Part shown: positions 1 through 9,145 of the stretch, piece by piece | Layout of the letters: the number at the start of each line of letters is the position of its first letter | How positions within the stretch are numbered: the stretch's first letter is position 1 | Assembly (NCBI GenBank): GCA_903883645.1 | Contig: CAISBR010000081.1 | Span: forward strand, 2,833-66,832 | Origin: an uncultured Myxococcales bacterium | Lineage (GTDB): Bacteria; Myxococcota_A; UBA9042 | Reading direction: 5' to 3' | Length of the DNA stretch: 64,000 nucleotides | Notes under the pieces: generated by a model | The model's database searches: none | What the model saw: the letters and a program-made list of their open reading frames with translations, nothing else | What the model was told of the DNA's origin: nothing | Translations under genes and position numbers: made by a program

Positions 1-1597
1 GCGAGCTGTGGCCCGGCTGTGGGTCCGTCAGTGTGGTCCAGCCATCGGTGGCGCGACTCGGGTCGGCGGGAAGCGCAATAAATGGCGTAAATTTAGCCGG
101 TTGCAGATCGACATCGAGCTGACCCTGCCCTAGCCCCAGAGCGCGGGGCTGGCGGTGGCAGTCGCTACAAGTCCTCGAAATCTTGCGGGTACTGTGCGGG
201 TCCAGCGTGGCAAACAGGTGCAGCGCCACACTCCGACCATCCGCGCGCTTGAGCTGGGCCAACATCCCCGGAATTGCAGGCAGAATGCGGCCATCGGGCC
301 CCATGCCCAGCGCGGGCGGCAGCAGGCCCTGCAACTCCCCAGCCTCGACAAACTGCCCCTGCGTCGGCCGTCCGGCGGCAAAATCCCACTGTTCTTTCGC
401 AGCATTCTGACCCGTATGGCAGGTCGGACAGGTCGGAGCCATCGCACTATGGCAGGCCTGACAGCTCAGGCGCTCGTGGCCAGGCCGGCGATGGTCGAGG
501 TTCACAGGCGTAGGCTTGATGTCCCATGGCTCTCCACTAGCTTTCCGCAGCAGTTGCGCTGGGTTACCAGGACCCGCCGGCACAATATTCCACAACAGCG
601 CCCCCAGCTTGCCCAGCCGCGCCGGCGCGCCAGGTTGCCGCGGGTGCGCGCGCAGGCCCGCCAGATGGCTCAGCGGCTCGGGCAGCACGCTCGGCCAGGT
701 GGTCTGCTCGGCGCGCGGCACCGGCCCGTGGCACGACTCGCAGCGCACATCCACCGCCTGAAACTCGCGCTGTTCCGAGCGGTTGCGCCCCATCACGTCG
801 CTGTAACCGTGGCAGTCGATGCACGCTAGGCCGGCCGTTTGGTGCACGTCGGCCTCGGCCTGGCATAGCGTACGACCGTCGGGCAACGCCACGGGCTCAG
901 GGCACTTGGCCCACGCCGCAGGCTCGTAAAGCCCTTGATAGGTCAAGCTAATCCGGCTGCTTCTGCTGTGGCAGCCTTGGCAACGGCGGTCGTCGGGTCG
1001 GCTGTCGAGGCTGGGGTGACCCGGTTGCACTTTTTCGCCGCGCACCGCTGTGTGGCACGCCGCGCAACCTACGCCCTGGCCTTGCAAAACGTCGTCGCGG
1101 TTGCTGCGGCTCGCGCCCATGTGGCAGCCGGCGCAGAGCTTGCTCAAGTGGCGGTCCGCGTCAGAGTGCGGGGGCAGCGTCAGCACTTGTTGGATCGTCG
1201 TCGCGCCAGTGGGCAACTCCGCCTCGCCCCAGGCCCAGCGGTCGACGGCCACGATGCCGCGCGCCGTGGTCATCAGCGAGTCGGCCACCCGCTCGTGCTC
1301 GCCAGGATGGCAGCCCGACTTGCCACATGTCTTTGTAACTACAGCTAAATCACCGGCATCGCGGGTCATGCCTCGGTGTGCTTTCGCTTTGTCGTCGCTC
1401 TGCGGGTCGCCGAGGTGACACGTCGCACAGCCCATGGCCCGCGCGTCGTGTACCCCACCTGGATTTTCGTGCTGATGGCAAGCCAAGCAATGGTCGGGAG
1501 GGGGCGCGGCAGGGCGCTGGCGGCTAGTCCACCAAGCAAAGCCTATGGCCACCAACAGGGCGCAAGCTAGGGCAGCGATGGCGAAAAGGCGGCGCAC
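1..1597 (-). CDS. Membrane-anchored multiheme cytochrome c (3' end beyond left edge)
   Basis: Translated by hand because it is absent from the ORF track (no stop in window). GTG at 1597 follows an in-frame TAG. N-terminal hydrophobic segment (RRLFAIAALACALLVAIGFAWW), then CLACH, CATCH, CGKSGCH, CAGCH, CAACH, CQGCH, CIDCH, CESCH, CQACH, CPTCH, CSDCH in one open frame. Confidence 0.9.
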   Translation of the reverse strand, partial: MRRLFAIAALACALLVAIGFAWWTSRQRPAAPPPDHCLACHQHENPGGVHDARAMGCATCHLGDPQSDDKAKAHRGMTRDAGDLAVVTKTCGKSGCHPGEHERVADSLMTTARGIVAVDRWAWGEAELPTGATTIQQVLTLPPHSDADRHLSKLCAGCHMGASRSNRDDVLQGQGVGCAACHTAVRGEKVQPGHPSLDSRPDDRRCQGCHSRSSRISLTYQGLYEPAAWAKCPEPVALPDGRTLCQAEADVHQTAGLACIDCHGYSDVMGRNRSEQREFQAVDVRCESCHGPVPRAEQTTWPSVLPEPLSHLAGLRAHPRQPGAPARLGKLGALLWNIVPAGPGNPAQLLRKASGEPWDIKPTPVNLDHRRPGHERLSCQACHSAMAPTCPTCHTGQNAAKEQWDFAAGRPTQGQFVEAGELQGLLPPALGMGPDGRILPAIPGMLAQLKRADGRSVALHLFATLDPHSTRKISRTCSDCHRQPRALGLGQGQLDVDLQPAKFTPFIALPADPSRATDGWTTLTDPQPGHSS

Positions 1598-1758
1598 CGC
1601 GCGAGCCTAGCAGAGTCGGGGCGCTCGCGGCGAGAGCCGTGTCGCGGCGCTAGGCGTTCATGTTCAATTTCAGCGTCGTAACTGGCTAGCCGGCCGATGC
1701 GGCCAAATGTCCAGCCCGCACCGCCGCTGCGTGCTCAAGCAACGGAGGCGCCATGCGG

Positions 1759-2940
1759 TCAGCAGCCGCCCCCCTTCTTGGCCGCTGAAGCGGGCGCCGC
1801 CGTGGGCACCACCGCAGCAGGAGCCGCTACGGGCGCTTGGGCACCGGTCAAGCGGGCGTGCAGAGCCCCGCGCAGGCGATACTCGGCAAGCCGGGCCGGC
1901 GACATGCTTTGGGTCGCCTCCGCCGGCAAGTCCGCCAGCAACTCAGCGGCATAGGCCGGGTAGCCGCCCTGCACACTGACCACTTCACCCGCGAATTCTG
2001 CAAGCTGTGTAGGCACTTCTTTAATTGTGTCGCCACCAATTAGCACGAGTTGCTGGTGGCTGGGCATCGCCGCCGCCGCCCCCTTGGTTACGTCGGACAG
2101 GCACACGGCCGCCGGCAGTGTTCTGTCTTTGCACAGTTTTTGCTCGCGCACATCGACCAGCCACAGCTTCTCGGGCTGGCGTAGCGCGGTATCAACTAGC
2201 GGCAACACTTTGATGGTCCCCGCTTTTCTTGCCACAGCGGACTGCACCGTCTGCGGCAAGGCCAGGGTCGCCAGGGCTGCCAGGGCCAAGACCGCCAAGA
2301 CCGCAAAGCTGCGGTTGCGCGGCCGCATCAGGGCATCGGGGGCAACCTGCTGATTCCGCTTTGAGAACCACCGCTCAATGGCCTCGGCGCCAAAGAAGCA
2401 GCCCACGGCCAGCGCTACCACCGCCGCTGCGACCACGCTATAGGGTAGGCCAAAGAGCGTGTCGAGCCGCAGCACCCCCGCCTTGCCCGACAAGTACAGG
2501 TCGGCAAACACCGGGTAAGTAAAGCCAAATACCAGCGACCCCAGCATCACGCCCAGGTAGGTGAGCATGCCGCCGATATCGCCCGAGGCCGCCGCCACGC
2601 ACGCCGTACCCGGGCAGTAGCCGGCGATGATGAAGCCGACGCCCAGCAGCAGGCCGCCGGTAAGTTGCGGCCACCAATAGGTTTCGGGGATGGTCAGCTG
2701 CCCTAGGTCGAGCCATCCTAGCCCCGCCAAGATGGCCAGCCCGGTGGCCGCCGTGGCGATCGCCGTAAACATCACCTTAAAGACACGCATGTTGGTGCCG
2801 TAGAACTGCGCTGCCAATATGGGTGCCCGGCCGAAGCCAGATCGCTCTAGGGCAAAGCCAAAGCCGATACCGGTCAGCGTGCCCACCACCATGCCGGTCG
2901 AACGCCCAAAGAATTCATTGGGATAAAGGGGTAGCATCAT
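1759..2940 (-). CDS. YeeE/YedE sulfur-compound transporter fused to a rhodanese-like domain with C-terminal GGGC tail
   Basis: GIGFGFALERSGF and GYCPGT YeeE motifs; LVDVR..RTLPAAV rhodanese-like fold. Start reassigned to ATG 2940, which overlaps the upstream stop (ATGA). Confidence 0.85.
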   Translation of the reverse strand: MMLPLYPNEFFGRSTGMVVGTLTGIGFGFALERSGFGRAPILAAQFYGTNMRVFKVMFTAIATAATGLAILAGLGWLDLGQLTIPETYWWPQLTGGLLLGVGFIIAGYCPGTACVAAASGDIGGMLTYLGVMLGSLVFGFTYPVFADLYLSGKAGVLRLDTLFGLPYSVVAAAVVALAVGCFFGAEAIERWFSKRNQQVAPDALMRPRNRSFAVLAVLALAALATLALPQTVQSAVARKAGTIKVLPLVDTALRQPEKLWLVDVREQKLCKDRTLPAAVCLSDVTKGAAAAMPSHQQLVLIGGDTIKEVPTQLAEFAGEVVSVQGGYPAYAAELLADLPAEATQSMSPARLAEYRLRGALHARLTGAQAPVAAPAAVVPTAAPASAAKKGGGC

Positions 2941-3467
2941 TTCCAGTACCTCCGCAGCAGGGGCGCGACCAAGTAGCCGCCGCCAAAGACCGCGAACATG
3001 AACACCCACGAACCCGCAGCTAGCGCCGCGCCACCGGTCAGGGCCTGGCCCGAGGTGCAGCCACGACCCAGCCGCGCCGCTACCCCCATGATTACACCGC
3101 CGATTAGTGCCAGAGCCAGTCGCGACAGCACCGTGGCCCGCGGCCCGCGCAGCAGCACAAGCTTCATGCGCCCAGCAGAATAGGCCGCCAGCGCGCCGCC
3201 CAAGAACACGCCCAGCACTTCCCACACCAGCCAGTCGTCTAAAATGTGCTGGCCGGGCGCGACCATCGGCCCCATATAGGCACTATTTTCAACCGCCTGC
3301 GGGGCCACCAGGTGCGCCGCGCCGATCGCCACCCGGTTCGCCGCGCCCGAGCCGCCCAGGCCGTTGCCCATCACCACAAAACTGCCAAGCAGCACCAAGC
3401 CTAAGAAGATACCCGCCAGATACGGATTCCAGAACGGCGCTTCGTTGTGCGTCTTGTCGCTCATCAC
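2937..3467 (-). CDS. YeeE/YedE family sulfur transporter (single half)
   Basis: WNPYLAGIFLGLVLL N-terminus; ARLGRGCTSGQALTG conserved Cys motif; hydrophobic helices. Confidence 0.88.
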   Translation of the reverse strand: MMSDKTHNEAPFWNPYLAGIFLGLVLLGSFVVMGNGLGGSGAANRVAIGAAHLVAPQAVENSAYMGPMVAPGQHILDDWLVWEVLGVFLGGALAAYSAGRMKLVLLRGPRATVLSRLALALIGGVIMGVAARLGRGCTSGQALTGGAALAAGSWVFMFAVFGGGYLVAPLLRRYWK

Positions 3468-3473
3468 AACCCC

Positions 3474-4427
3474 CTATGGCAACAGCCGAAAACCACTATC
3501 TTGCCCCGCCGCCAGCAGCACCGCCCGCAGCGCCAGCCCACCCAGCAGCACCAGCGCCGGCGTCACCGCCACGAGCGGCAGATGTTTCTTTATTTCAATA
3601 CTTTCGAGCACTAGCGGCACCGCGATACCCATCACCACCACCAGCGACCAGAACGACGCGGTCCACGCGCCACCCAGCAGCGCATCCGCCGCCAGCTGCC
3701 CCGCCGCACCGGCATTGGCAAAACCCAATACCATCGAGGCAATCAGCACCCCTTCGACCGCCAGGGCCAGCATGTCCCAACGCACCAGCCGGTGCCGATC
3801 CGCTTCGTCCAACTTGAACAGCAGCAAGAACGCCGCGCCCGACGACAGACCTGAGGTCAGGAACAGGGGCCCCAGCACCGCGGTATTCCACTGGATTCGC
3901 GCCGTCAGCGTTCCCAGCAGCAGGCCGGTGTAAATGCCCAGACCCACGCCACCCGCCAGCGTCGCCCCCAGCAGCACTTGCCGCTGCCGCTGCGCCCAAG
4001 CCAGCACCCCCACCAACGGCAGCTTTTTCAGCAGCTTACCCTGCAGCTCGGGCCCCAGCGCCAGCAGCCCACTCAACGCCGCCACCGGGTAAATCAGCAC
4101 CAGGATCCACGCCCCCCACGACATCGGCGAGGTGGGGCGAAACGCCAGATAGAACCGAAAAACATGGAGTTTGTAGGCCAGGTCGAGAAACAGCGTACCC
4201 ATGCCCAAACTGAGCAGCACCAGCGCAACTAGGGGCGCCAGCTGCAGAATCCGCGCCGGGGCCGTGTCGCGCGGTCGCCACAGCAGCAGCGACGACAGGA
4301 TCAGCAGCCCCGCCACTAGGCCGCCCAAGAACAAATACACCGCAATTTCCCAGCCCCAGATGTGCAGCACCGGATCGATCTCGGCGTTGACGCGGGTACT
4401 GGTGTGTTCAAGCAGGGTCGGAAGCAT
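3474..4427 (-). CDS. psrC: NrfD/PsrC polysulfide reductase membrane anchor
   Basis: WGWEIAVYLFLGGL, DL..RF....PTSPMSWGAW, YTGLLL, LFLTSGLSSG, GGLALR NrfD motifs; follows the psrB-like gene. Confidence 0.85.
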   Translation of the reverse strand: MLPTLLEHTSTRVNAEIDPVLHIWGWEIAVYLFLGGLVAGLLILSSLLLWRPRDTAPARILQLAPLVALVLLSLGMGTLFLDLAYKLHVFRFYLAFRPTSPMSWGAWILVLIYPVAALSGLLALGPELQGKLLKKLPLVGVLAWAQRQRQVLLGATLAGGVGLGIYTGLLLGTLTARIQWNTAVLGPLFLTSGLSSGAAFLLLFKLDEADRHRLVRWDMLALAVEGVLIASMVLGFANAGAAGQLAADALLGGAWTASFWSLVVVMGIAVPLVLESIEIKKHLPLVAVTPALVLLGGLALRAVLLAAGQDSGFRLLP

Positions 4428-4460
4428 CGCAACCTCGCAAAGTTCTAGGCTAATCAGCGC

Positions 4461-5006
4461 CTAGGTCAAAAAGTACAGGTTCGGCTCGCAGCCAGTCTCC
4501 GGGTGCAGCACCTTGTGGCGACGGCTGGCCAGCAGCTGCGCCACCTCGCCGTGCGGGTCGCTAACATCGCCAAAATGCAGCGTCTTCGTTGGGCAAATCG
4601 CCACGCACGCCGTGGTCTTGCCGCTGGCCACGCGGTGCGCGCAGAAGGTGCATTTGTCGACATAGCCCTCGGGGTGCACGTAGCGCGCGTCGTACGGGCA
4701 CGAGGCGATGCAGGCCTTGCAGCCGGTGCACTTGTCGTGGTCGACCAGCACGATGCCGCCCTCGACCTTGTGGCTGGCGCCGGTGGGGCACGCATCGACG
4801 CAGGGCGCATTGCTGCAGTGGTTGCAGCGTTCCGAGCGGATCTCGGCGCGCAGATTGGGGAAAATGCCCCAGATGTCTTCGACGATCCAGTCGCGGCAAT
4901 AGCCGTCGGGGGTGTTGTTCTCGGCCTTGCACGCGAGCACACAGGCTTTGCAGCCCACGCACAGGCGCGTATCGACGACCATCACGTAGCGTTTTTCGCC
5001 ATTCAT
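4461..5006 (-). CDS. psrB: 4x[4Fe-4S] electron-transfer subunit (PsrB/PhsB/NrfC type)
   Basis: CVGCKACVLAC, CNHCSNAPCVDACP, CTGCKACIASCP, KCTFC..CVAICP. Confidence 0.9.
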   Translation of the reverse strand: MNGEKRYVMVVDTRLCVGCKACVLACKAENNTPDGYCRDWIVEDIWGIFPNLRAEIRSERCNHCSNAPCVDACPTGASHKVEGGIVLVDHDKCTGCKACIASCPYDARYVHPEGYVDKCTFCAHRVASGKTTACVAICPTKTLHFGDVSDPHGEVAQLLASRRHKVLHPETGCEPNLYFLT

Positions 5007-5015
5007 CTTGCCCCC

Positions 5016-7214
5016 CTACGCCCTCTCGATCGCGACGAAGTTCACGTTCATGCCCGTGCCGCCAAACACCGGGTCGATCTTTGACCGCGACACCAGCGCC
5101 GTATCGTCGACGCCGCGGCCCTTGGCAAAGCGCAGCCCCGGCGCCGTATGCCCGTAACCATGCACCATAAATACACAATCGGGCCGAATGCGCTGGGTCG
5201 CCTTGAGCCGCAGCGGCGTCGACTTGACCCCGTCTTGGTTGGTCAGCCGCACCTGCGCGCCGTCGTCGAGCCCCATGTCGCGCGCCACTTGCGCGTTCAG
5301 CCACAGCTCGTTTTCGCTATAGATCTCCGACAAGAAGCGGTTGTTGGTCGTCCGCCCAAAGGTATGCGTCGGCGTGCGCCCCATCAGCAGCCTGAACTGC
5401 CCGCGCGGCGGCTCTTCGGGCGGCGTATAGTTGGGCAGCGGATCCAGCCCCGCATCGGCCAATTGTTGGCTAAACAGCTCGATCTTCTTGCTGGGCGTGG
5501 CGAAACTCGCCGGGGCACCGTCTTCTAAGAACACCGGCTTGCCCGGCCCCAGCGCCACGCCGTTCTTCAACACGGCCGCTACATCGAATTTGCCTGCCTC
5601 TAAACGGGCTTTGACCAGCTCGCTCGCGTCGTTCCACGGGAAGTAGGCGCCGAGGCCCAGCCGATTGGCCAGCTCCTTGGCGATCCACCAGCCCGGCTTG
5701 CTGTCGTACAGGGGCGCCACAGCCGGCTGCCGCACGGCGATATACTGGGACTTATAAGGGGTTACCACCACATCGTCCCACCGCTCGAGGTAGGTCGCCT
5801 CGGGCAGCACCACGTCGGCGTAGCCCACGATCTCGGCCGGCAGCACGTCTATCGCCACCAGCAGTTCTAAATGCTGAATCGCTTCAAGGGTCTTCTTGGG
5901 CTCCGGCAGCGCCTGGACCAAGTTCGTGCCGTATACAATCCACGCCTTCAGGTCGTAGTCGGCCGTACCCGGAATGGTCGCGTCGCGCAGCCCATGGGCC
6001 AAGCCCTCGTCGCCAAACGGAAACACCTTGCCCTTGGGTCGATCGGGCGCCCGCTTGAACGTATGGGCAAATTCCGGAACGCCCGCATATTTGGGCACAC
6101 CCAGCTTGGTCGGAAAGTAAAAGCCGCCGCGACGCCCATAGTTACCCAGCAGCGCATTGACGATCGCCATCGCCCGCGCCCGCTGCGTGTCGTCGCCATA
6201 CCACGCCGTGTGGCGCCCCGGGTGCAGCAGCGCCGCCGGCCGCGCCCCCGCCAAAAGCCGAATCGAATCGACGATCTGCGCGGGGTCCAGCCCCGTCTCG
6301 AGCGAGGCCCACTCGGGCGTCTTGTCGGCCACGTGTGCGCGCAACTGCTCAAGACCAATCGCGTACTTGGCAATGTATTCGCGGTCGTACAATCCCTCGC
6401 CCAGCATCACGTGGATCCACGCCAGCAGCAGCGCGATGTCGGTACCGGGCTTAATCGGCAGCCAATACCGGGCCTTACCCGCCGCCGTCGAAAACCGCGG
6501 GTCGACCACCACCAACTGCGCGCCGCACTCGATGGCCTTGGCAAATTCTTGCACCTGGGTATTGTGCATGTTTTCGCCTAGATGCGACCCAATCAGCGCG
6601 ATCGCCCGCGAATTCTCCAGGTCGATCACCTCGGGCGAACCCAGCGGCGCGCCAAAAGTCAGCTGAAAACCGACCTCGCGCGCCCCACGGCACTGCGCGT
6701 GCGAGGGCTGCCCCACATTGTCCGAACCATAGGCATTCAGCAGGTGGCGAAAGAACGAGCCGCCAAAGCCGTGCACAAACAGCGCTACCGCCTCGGGTCC
6801 ATGTTTCGTAGCGATTTCTTTGAGCTTATTGGCCACAAAGTCCAGCGCCTCGGGCCACTCGACCTCTTTGAATTTCTGCGCGCCGCGCTCGCCCACGCGG
6901 ATCATCGGCTTCTTGAGCCGATCCGGGTCGTATAGCAGCCCGGTGCCACCCGTGCCGCGCGGACACAGCGCACCATTCGACAGCGGATGCATGGGGTTAC
7001 CCACGATCTTGGTCACCTTGCCATCTTTGACATGCGCGAGCACACCGCACTTCCAAAAGCACAGCTCGCAAAAGGTCGCGACGGTATGGTCGCCGTCCGT
7101 GCCCGGATCGCTCTCGGCTTGGCCAGACTTGGGCAATCCCAGCGAGGTCGCCACCGCCACGCCCAGAGCCGTTGTGCCAGTAATTTTAATAAAGTCGCGT
7201 CGTTGCATTACCAT
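5016..7214 (-). CDS. psrA: Polysulfide/thiosulfate reductase catalytic subunit (DMSO-reductase family Mo-bisPGD enzyme)
   Basis: Tat signal QRRDFIK; FCELCFWKC..LCPRG Fe-S motif; Cys Mo ligand in SHAQCRGAR; ADVVLPEATYLER; C-terminal molybdopterin-dinucleotide domain. Confidence 0.85.
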   Translation of the reverse strand: MVMQRRDFIKITGTTALGVAVATSLGLPKSGQAESDPGTDGDHTVATFCELCFWKCGVLAHVKDGKVTKIVGNPMHPLSNGALCPRGTGGTGLLYDPDRLKKPMIRVGERGAQKFKEVEWPEALDFVANKLKEIATKHGPEAVALFVHGFGGSFFRHLLNAYGSDNVGQPSHAQCRGAREVGFQLTFGAPLGSPEVIDLENSRAIALIGSHLGENMHNTQVQEFAKAIECGAQLVVVDPRFSTAAGKARYWLPIKPGTDIALLLAWIHVMLGEGLYDREYIAKYAIGLEQLRAHVADKTPEWASLETGLDPAQIVDSIRLLAGARPAALLHPGRHTAWYGDDTQRARAMAIVNALLGNYGRRGGFYFPTKLGVPKYAGVPEFAHTFKRAPDRPKGKVFPFGDEGLAHGLRDATIPGTADYDLKAWIVYGTNLVQALPEPKKTLEAIQHLELLVAIDVLPAEIVGYADVVLPEATYLERWDDVVVTPYKSQYIAVRQPAVAPLYDSKPGWWIAKELANRLGLGAYFPWNDASELVKARLEAGKFDVAAVLKNGVALGPGKPVFLEDGAPASFATPSKKIELFSQQLADAGLDPLPNYTPPEEPPRGQFRLLMGRTPTHTFGRTTNNRFLSEIYSENELWLNAQVARDMGLDDGAQVRLTNQDGVKSTPLRLKATQRIRPDCVFMVHGYGHTAPGLRFAKGRGVDDTALVSRSKIDPVFGGTGMNVNFVAIERA

Positions 7215-7349
7215 CGCCTCGCTACGCTTGTGACCCGCCGGCAGGGGGCGAGCCTCAAGTCGTAGGAGCCGACGCCAATCTGCGACGGTTCGCGGCCAAG
7301 ACGGTGGGGTGACAATCGGCGCGGCAGGTCAAATGCGCCGCAACATGTG

Positions 7350-7715
7350 CTACTTCAGCAGTTCGTTCTCGATGATGTCGCGGTGGTACAGCGAGCCGCG
7401 AAAGCCGATGACGCGCTCGACCTCGGCGCCGCTCTTAAAGTAGACCACCGTAGGCGTCGACTGCACGCCCAGCTGGCTGCAGATGCGCGGCGCCGTCTCG
7501 ATGTTGGCCTCGCACACCTTGACCTTGCCATCAAAGTCCTTGGCAAGATTTAGGATCACTGCCTCAAGCTGGCGGCACGGCGCGCAGGTCGAGCTCCAAA
7601 AATCGACCAACACCGGCCGGTCACTGCGCAGCACCTCTTGCTGAAAGTTGCTGTCGTCGAGCCGCAGCGGCATCGGCGCCGGCTTGCCCCCTAGCAGATT
7701 ACTCAACCACCCCAT
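7350..7715 (-). CDS. Thioredoxin
   Basis: PVLVDFWSSTCAPC and VQSTPT cis-Pro loop; ATG 7715 preceded by AAAGGGGAA. Confidence 0.88.
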   Translation of the reverse strand: MGWLSNLLGGKPAPMPLRLDDSNFQQEVLRSDRPVLVDFWSSTCAPCRQLEAVILNLAKDFDGKVKVCEANIETAPRICSQLGVQSTPTVVYFKSGAEVERVIGFRGSLYHRDIIENELLK

Positions 7716-7858
7716 CGCGTTCCCCTTTGCAGCTGGCCGCCGCACTATTTTGTGCAGCGGACGTACGAGCCTGATCAACAGTGCTGGATTCGCCCCCAGC
7801 TGCGCGAGTATGCTGCGCCGCGAGCCCAACGCACAGAGTGGCTCACTTCGGAGGCAGC

Positions 7859-9142
7859 GTGCGCATCGTCTGGTTGGCCGTAATTCTTTTGGCAGCGTGC
7901 GGAGATCCGACCCTCAGCACCACTACGCTGGGCGCAGACTCGTCGAAAAATAGCGACACCGCGAGCCTCGACGGCGCTGGCGATGCGGGCAACGATGGAT
8001 TGCAAGCCCCCGATACACAAGCAGAAGATCTCGGCGCACCCGATGCCGCTGTCCAAGACGATGCTCCACAAGACGTTGCCGCTCAAGATGTTGCACCACT
8101 CGATACAGCTCCAGCCGATGCAGCTCTGGCCGATACTGGCGTGCCCGATACGTCGCTCGCCGATACAGCTGATGTCGCGGCAGACGTTCAAACCGATACA
8201 ACTGTTGATTCTTCAAGCGATGCAGGCAAGCCGGCTGTCTCGACCGTCACCGGCGGCCACTGCGACGCGCCCTTTGCCCTGCCGGCCACCCAGCCCTGGA
8301 AACACAACATCGCCACCCCGCTCGTCACCATCCAGGGCGGGCCCAACCATCGAATTCGCGATGTGATCTTGCCCCTTGGCAGCGCCGGCCAGCTGCGCGG
8401 CCACTTCACCTACGGCACCCTCGACAGCGATCTGGGCGACGAAACCGTCGAGCTATGGGTTCAGACCTGTCCCGGCTGGGTCAAGTGGGGCGCGGCACAG
8501 ACCGATAGCAATGGTTACGTATACTTCGACGTGCCCAGCAGCCTGCCCGCCGGCGACTACCGCGTCAAGATCGTGGTGCTGGGCGATCAAACCGTGGCCG
8601 ACGGCATGATCGCAGCCTGGCCCGCCGGCATGCAGGTGATCGTCACCGATATTGACGGCACGCTGACCACCAGCGACTGGCAGGCCGTGCAAGACATCAT
8701 TTTCGGCGCCTCGGCCGAGATGTATCCCGATGCCAACACCGCCATTCAGCAGTTTGGCAAGAAGGACTATCGCATGGTGTACCTGACCGGCCGGCCCGAG
8801 CTCGTCACCCGCTACTCGCGCAACTGGCTGATGGACCACGACTTTCCGCTAGGCACCGTGCACGTAACCGACGACATTGCCCAGACCATGCCCACCGAGG
8901 CCGGCGTGCAAAAGTTCAAGGCCGACTTCTTGGCCGGTCTGCAAAGCACCGTAAAGCTGCAGCTGATCGCCGGCTTTGGCAACGCCACCACCGACATTGG
9001 CGCGTATTACGCGGTAAACCTGCCTAAAGACAAGGTGTTCATCATCGGCACCAATGCGGGCGCCAACGGCTCCACACCGATCATCAGCTACACCGCCCTG
9101 CTGCCGCAGCTGTACTCGTGGCCGGCGGCGAGCCAGCCCTAG
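7859..9142 (+). CDS. Lipoprotein with acidic linker and LNS2/PITP (lipin-like HAD) domain
   Basis: GGAGG then GTG 7859; lipobox LLAAC; D/A-rich linker; IVTDIDGTLT, VYLTGRP, FPLG, AGFGNATTDI..Y motifs. Confidence 0.8.
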   Translation: MRIVWLAVILLAACGDPTLSTTTLGADSSKNSDTASLDGAGDAGNDGLQAPDTQAEDLGAPDAAVQDDAPQDVAAQDVAPLDTAPADAALADTGVPDTSLADTADVAADVQTDTTVDSSSDAGKPAVSTVTGGHCDAPFALPATQPWKHNIATPLVTIQGGPNHRIRDVILPLGSAGQLRGHFTYGTLDSDLGDETVELWVQTCPGWVKWGAAQTDSNGYVYFDVPSSLPAGDYRVKIVVLGDQTVADGMIAAWPAGMQVIVTDIDGTLTTSDWQAVQDIIFGASAEMYPDANTAIQQFGKKDYRMVYLTGRPELVTRYSRNWLMDHDFPLGTVHVTDDIAQTMPTEAGVQKFKADFLAGLQSTVKLQLIAGFGNATTDIGAYYAVNLPKDKVFIIGTNAGANGSTPIISYTALLPQLYSWPAASQP

Positions 9143-9145
9143 GGG

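Noticed and set aside
130-1570. Short ORFs listed in the track (e.g. 155..829 +, 935..1348 +)
   Set aside because: They are shadows of the minus-strand multiheme cytochrome frame.
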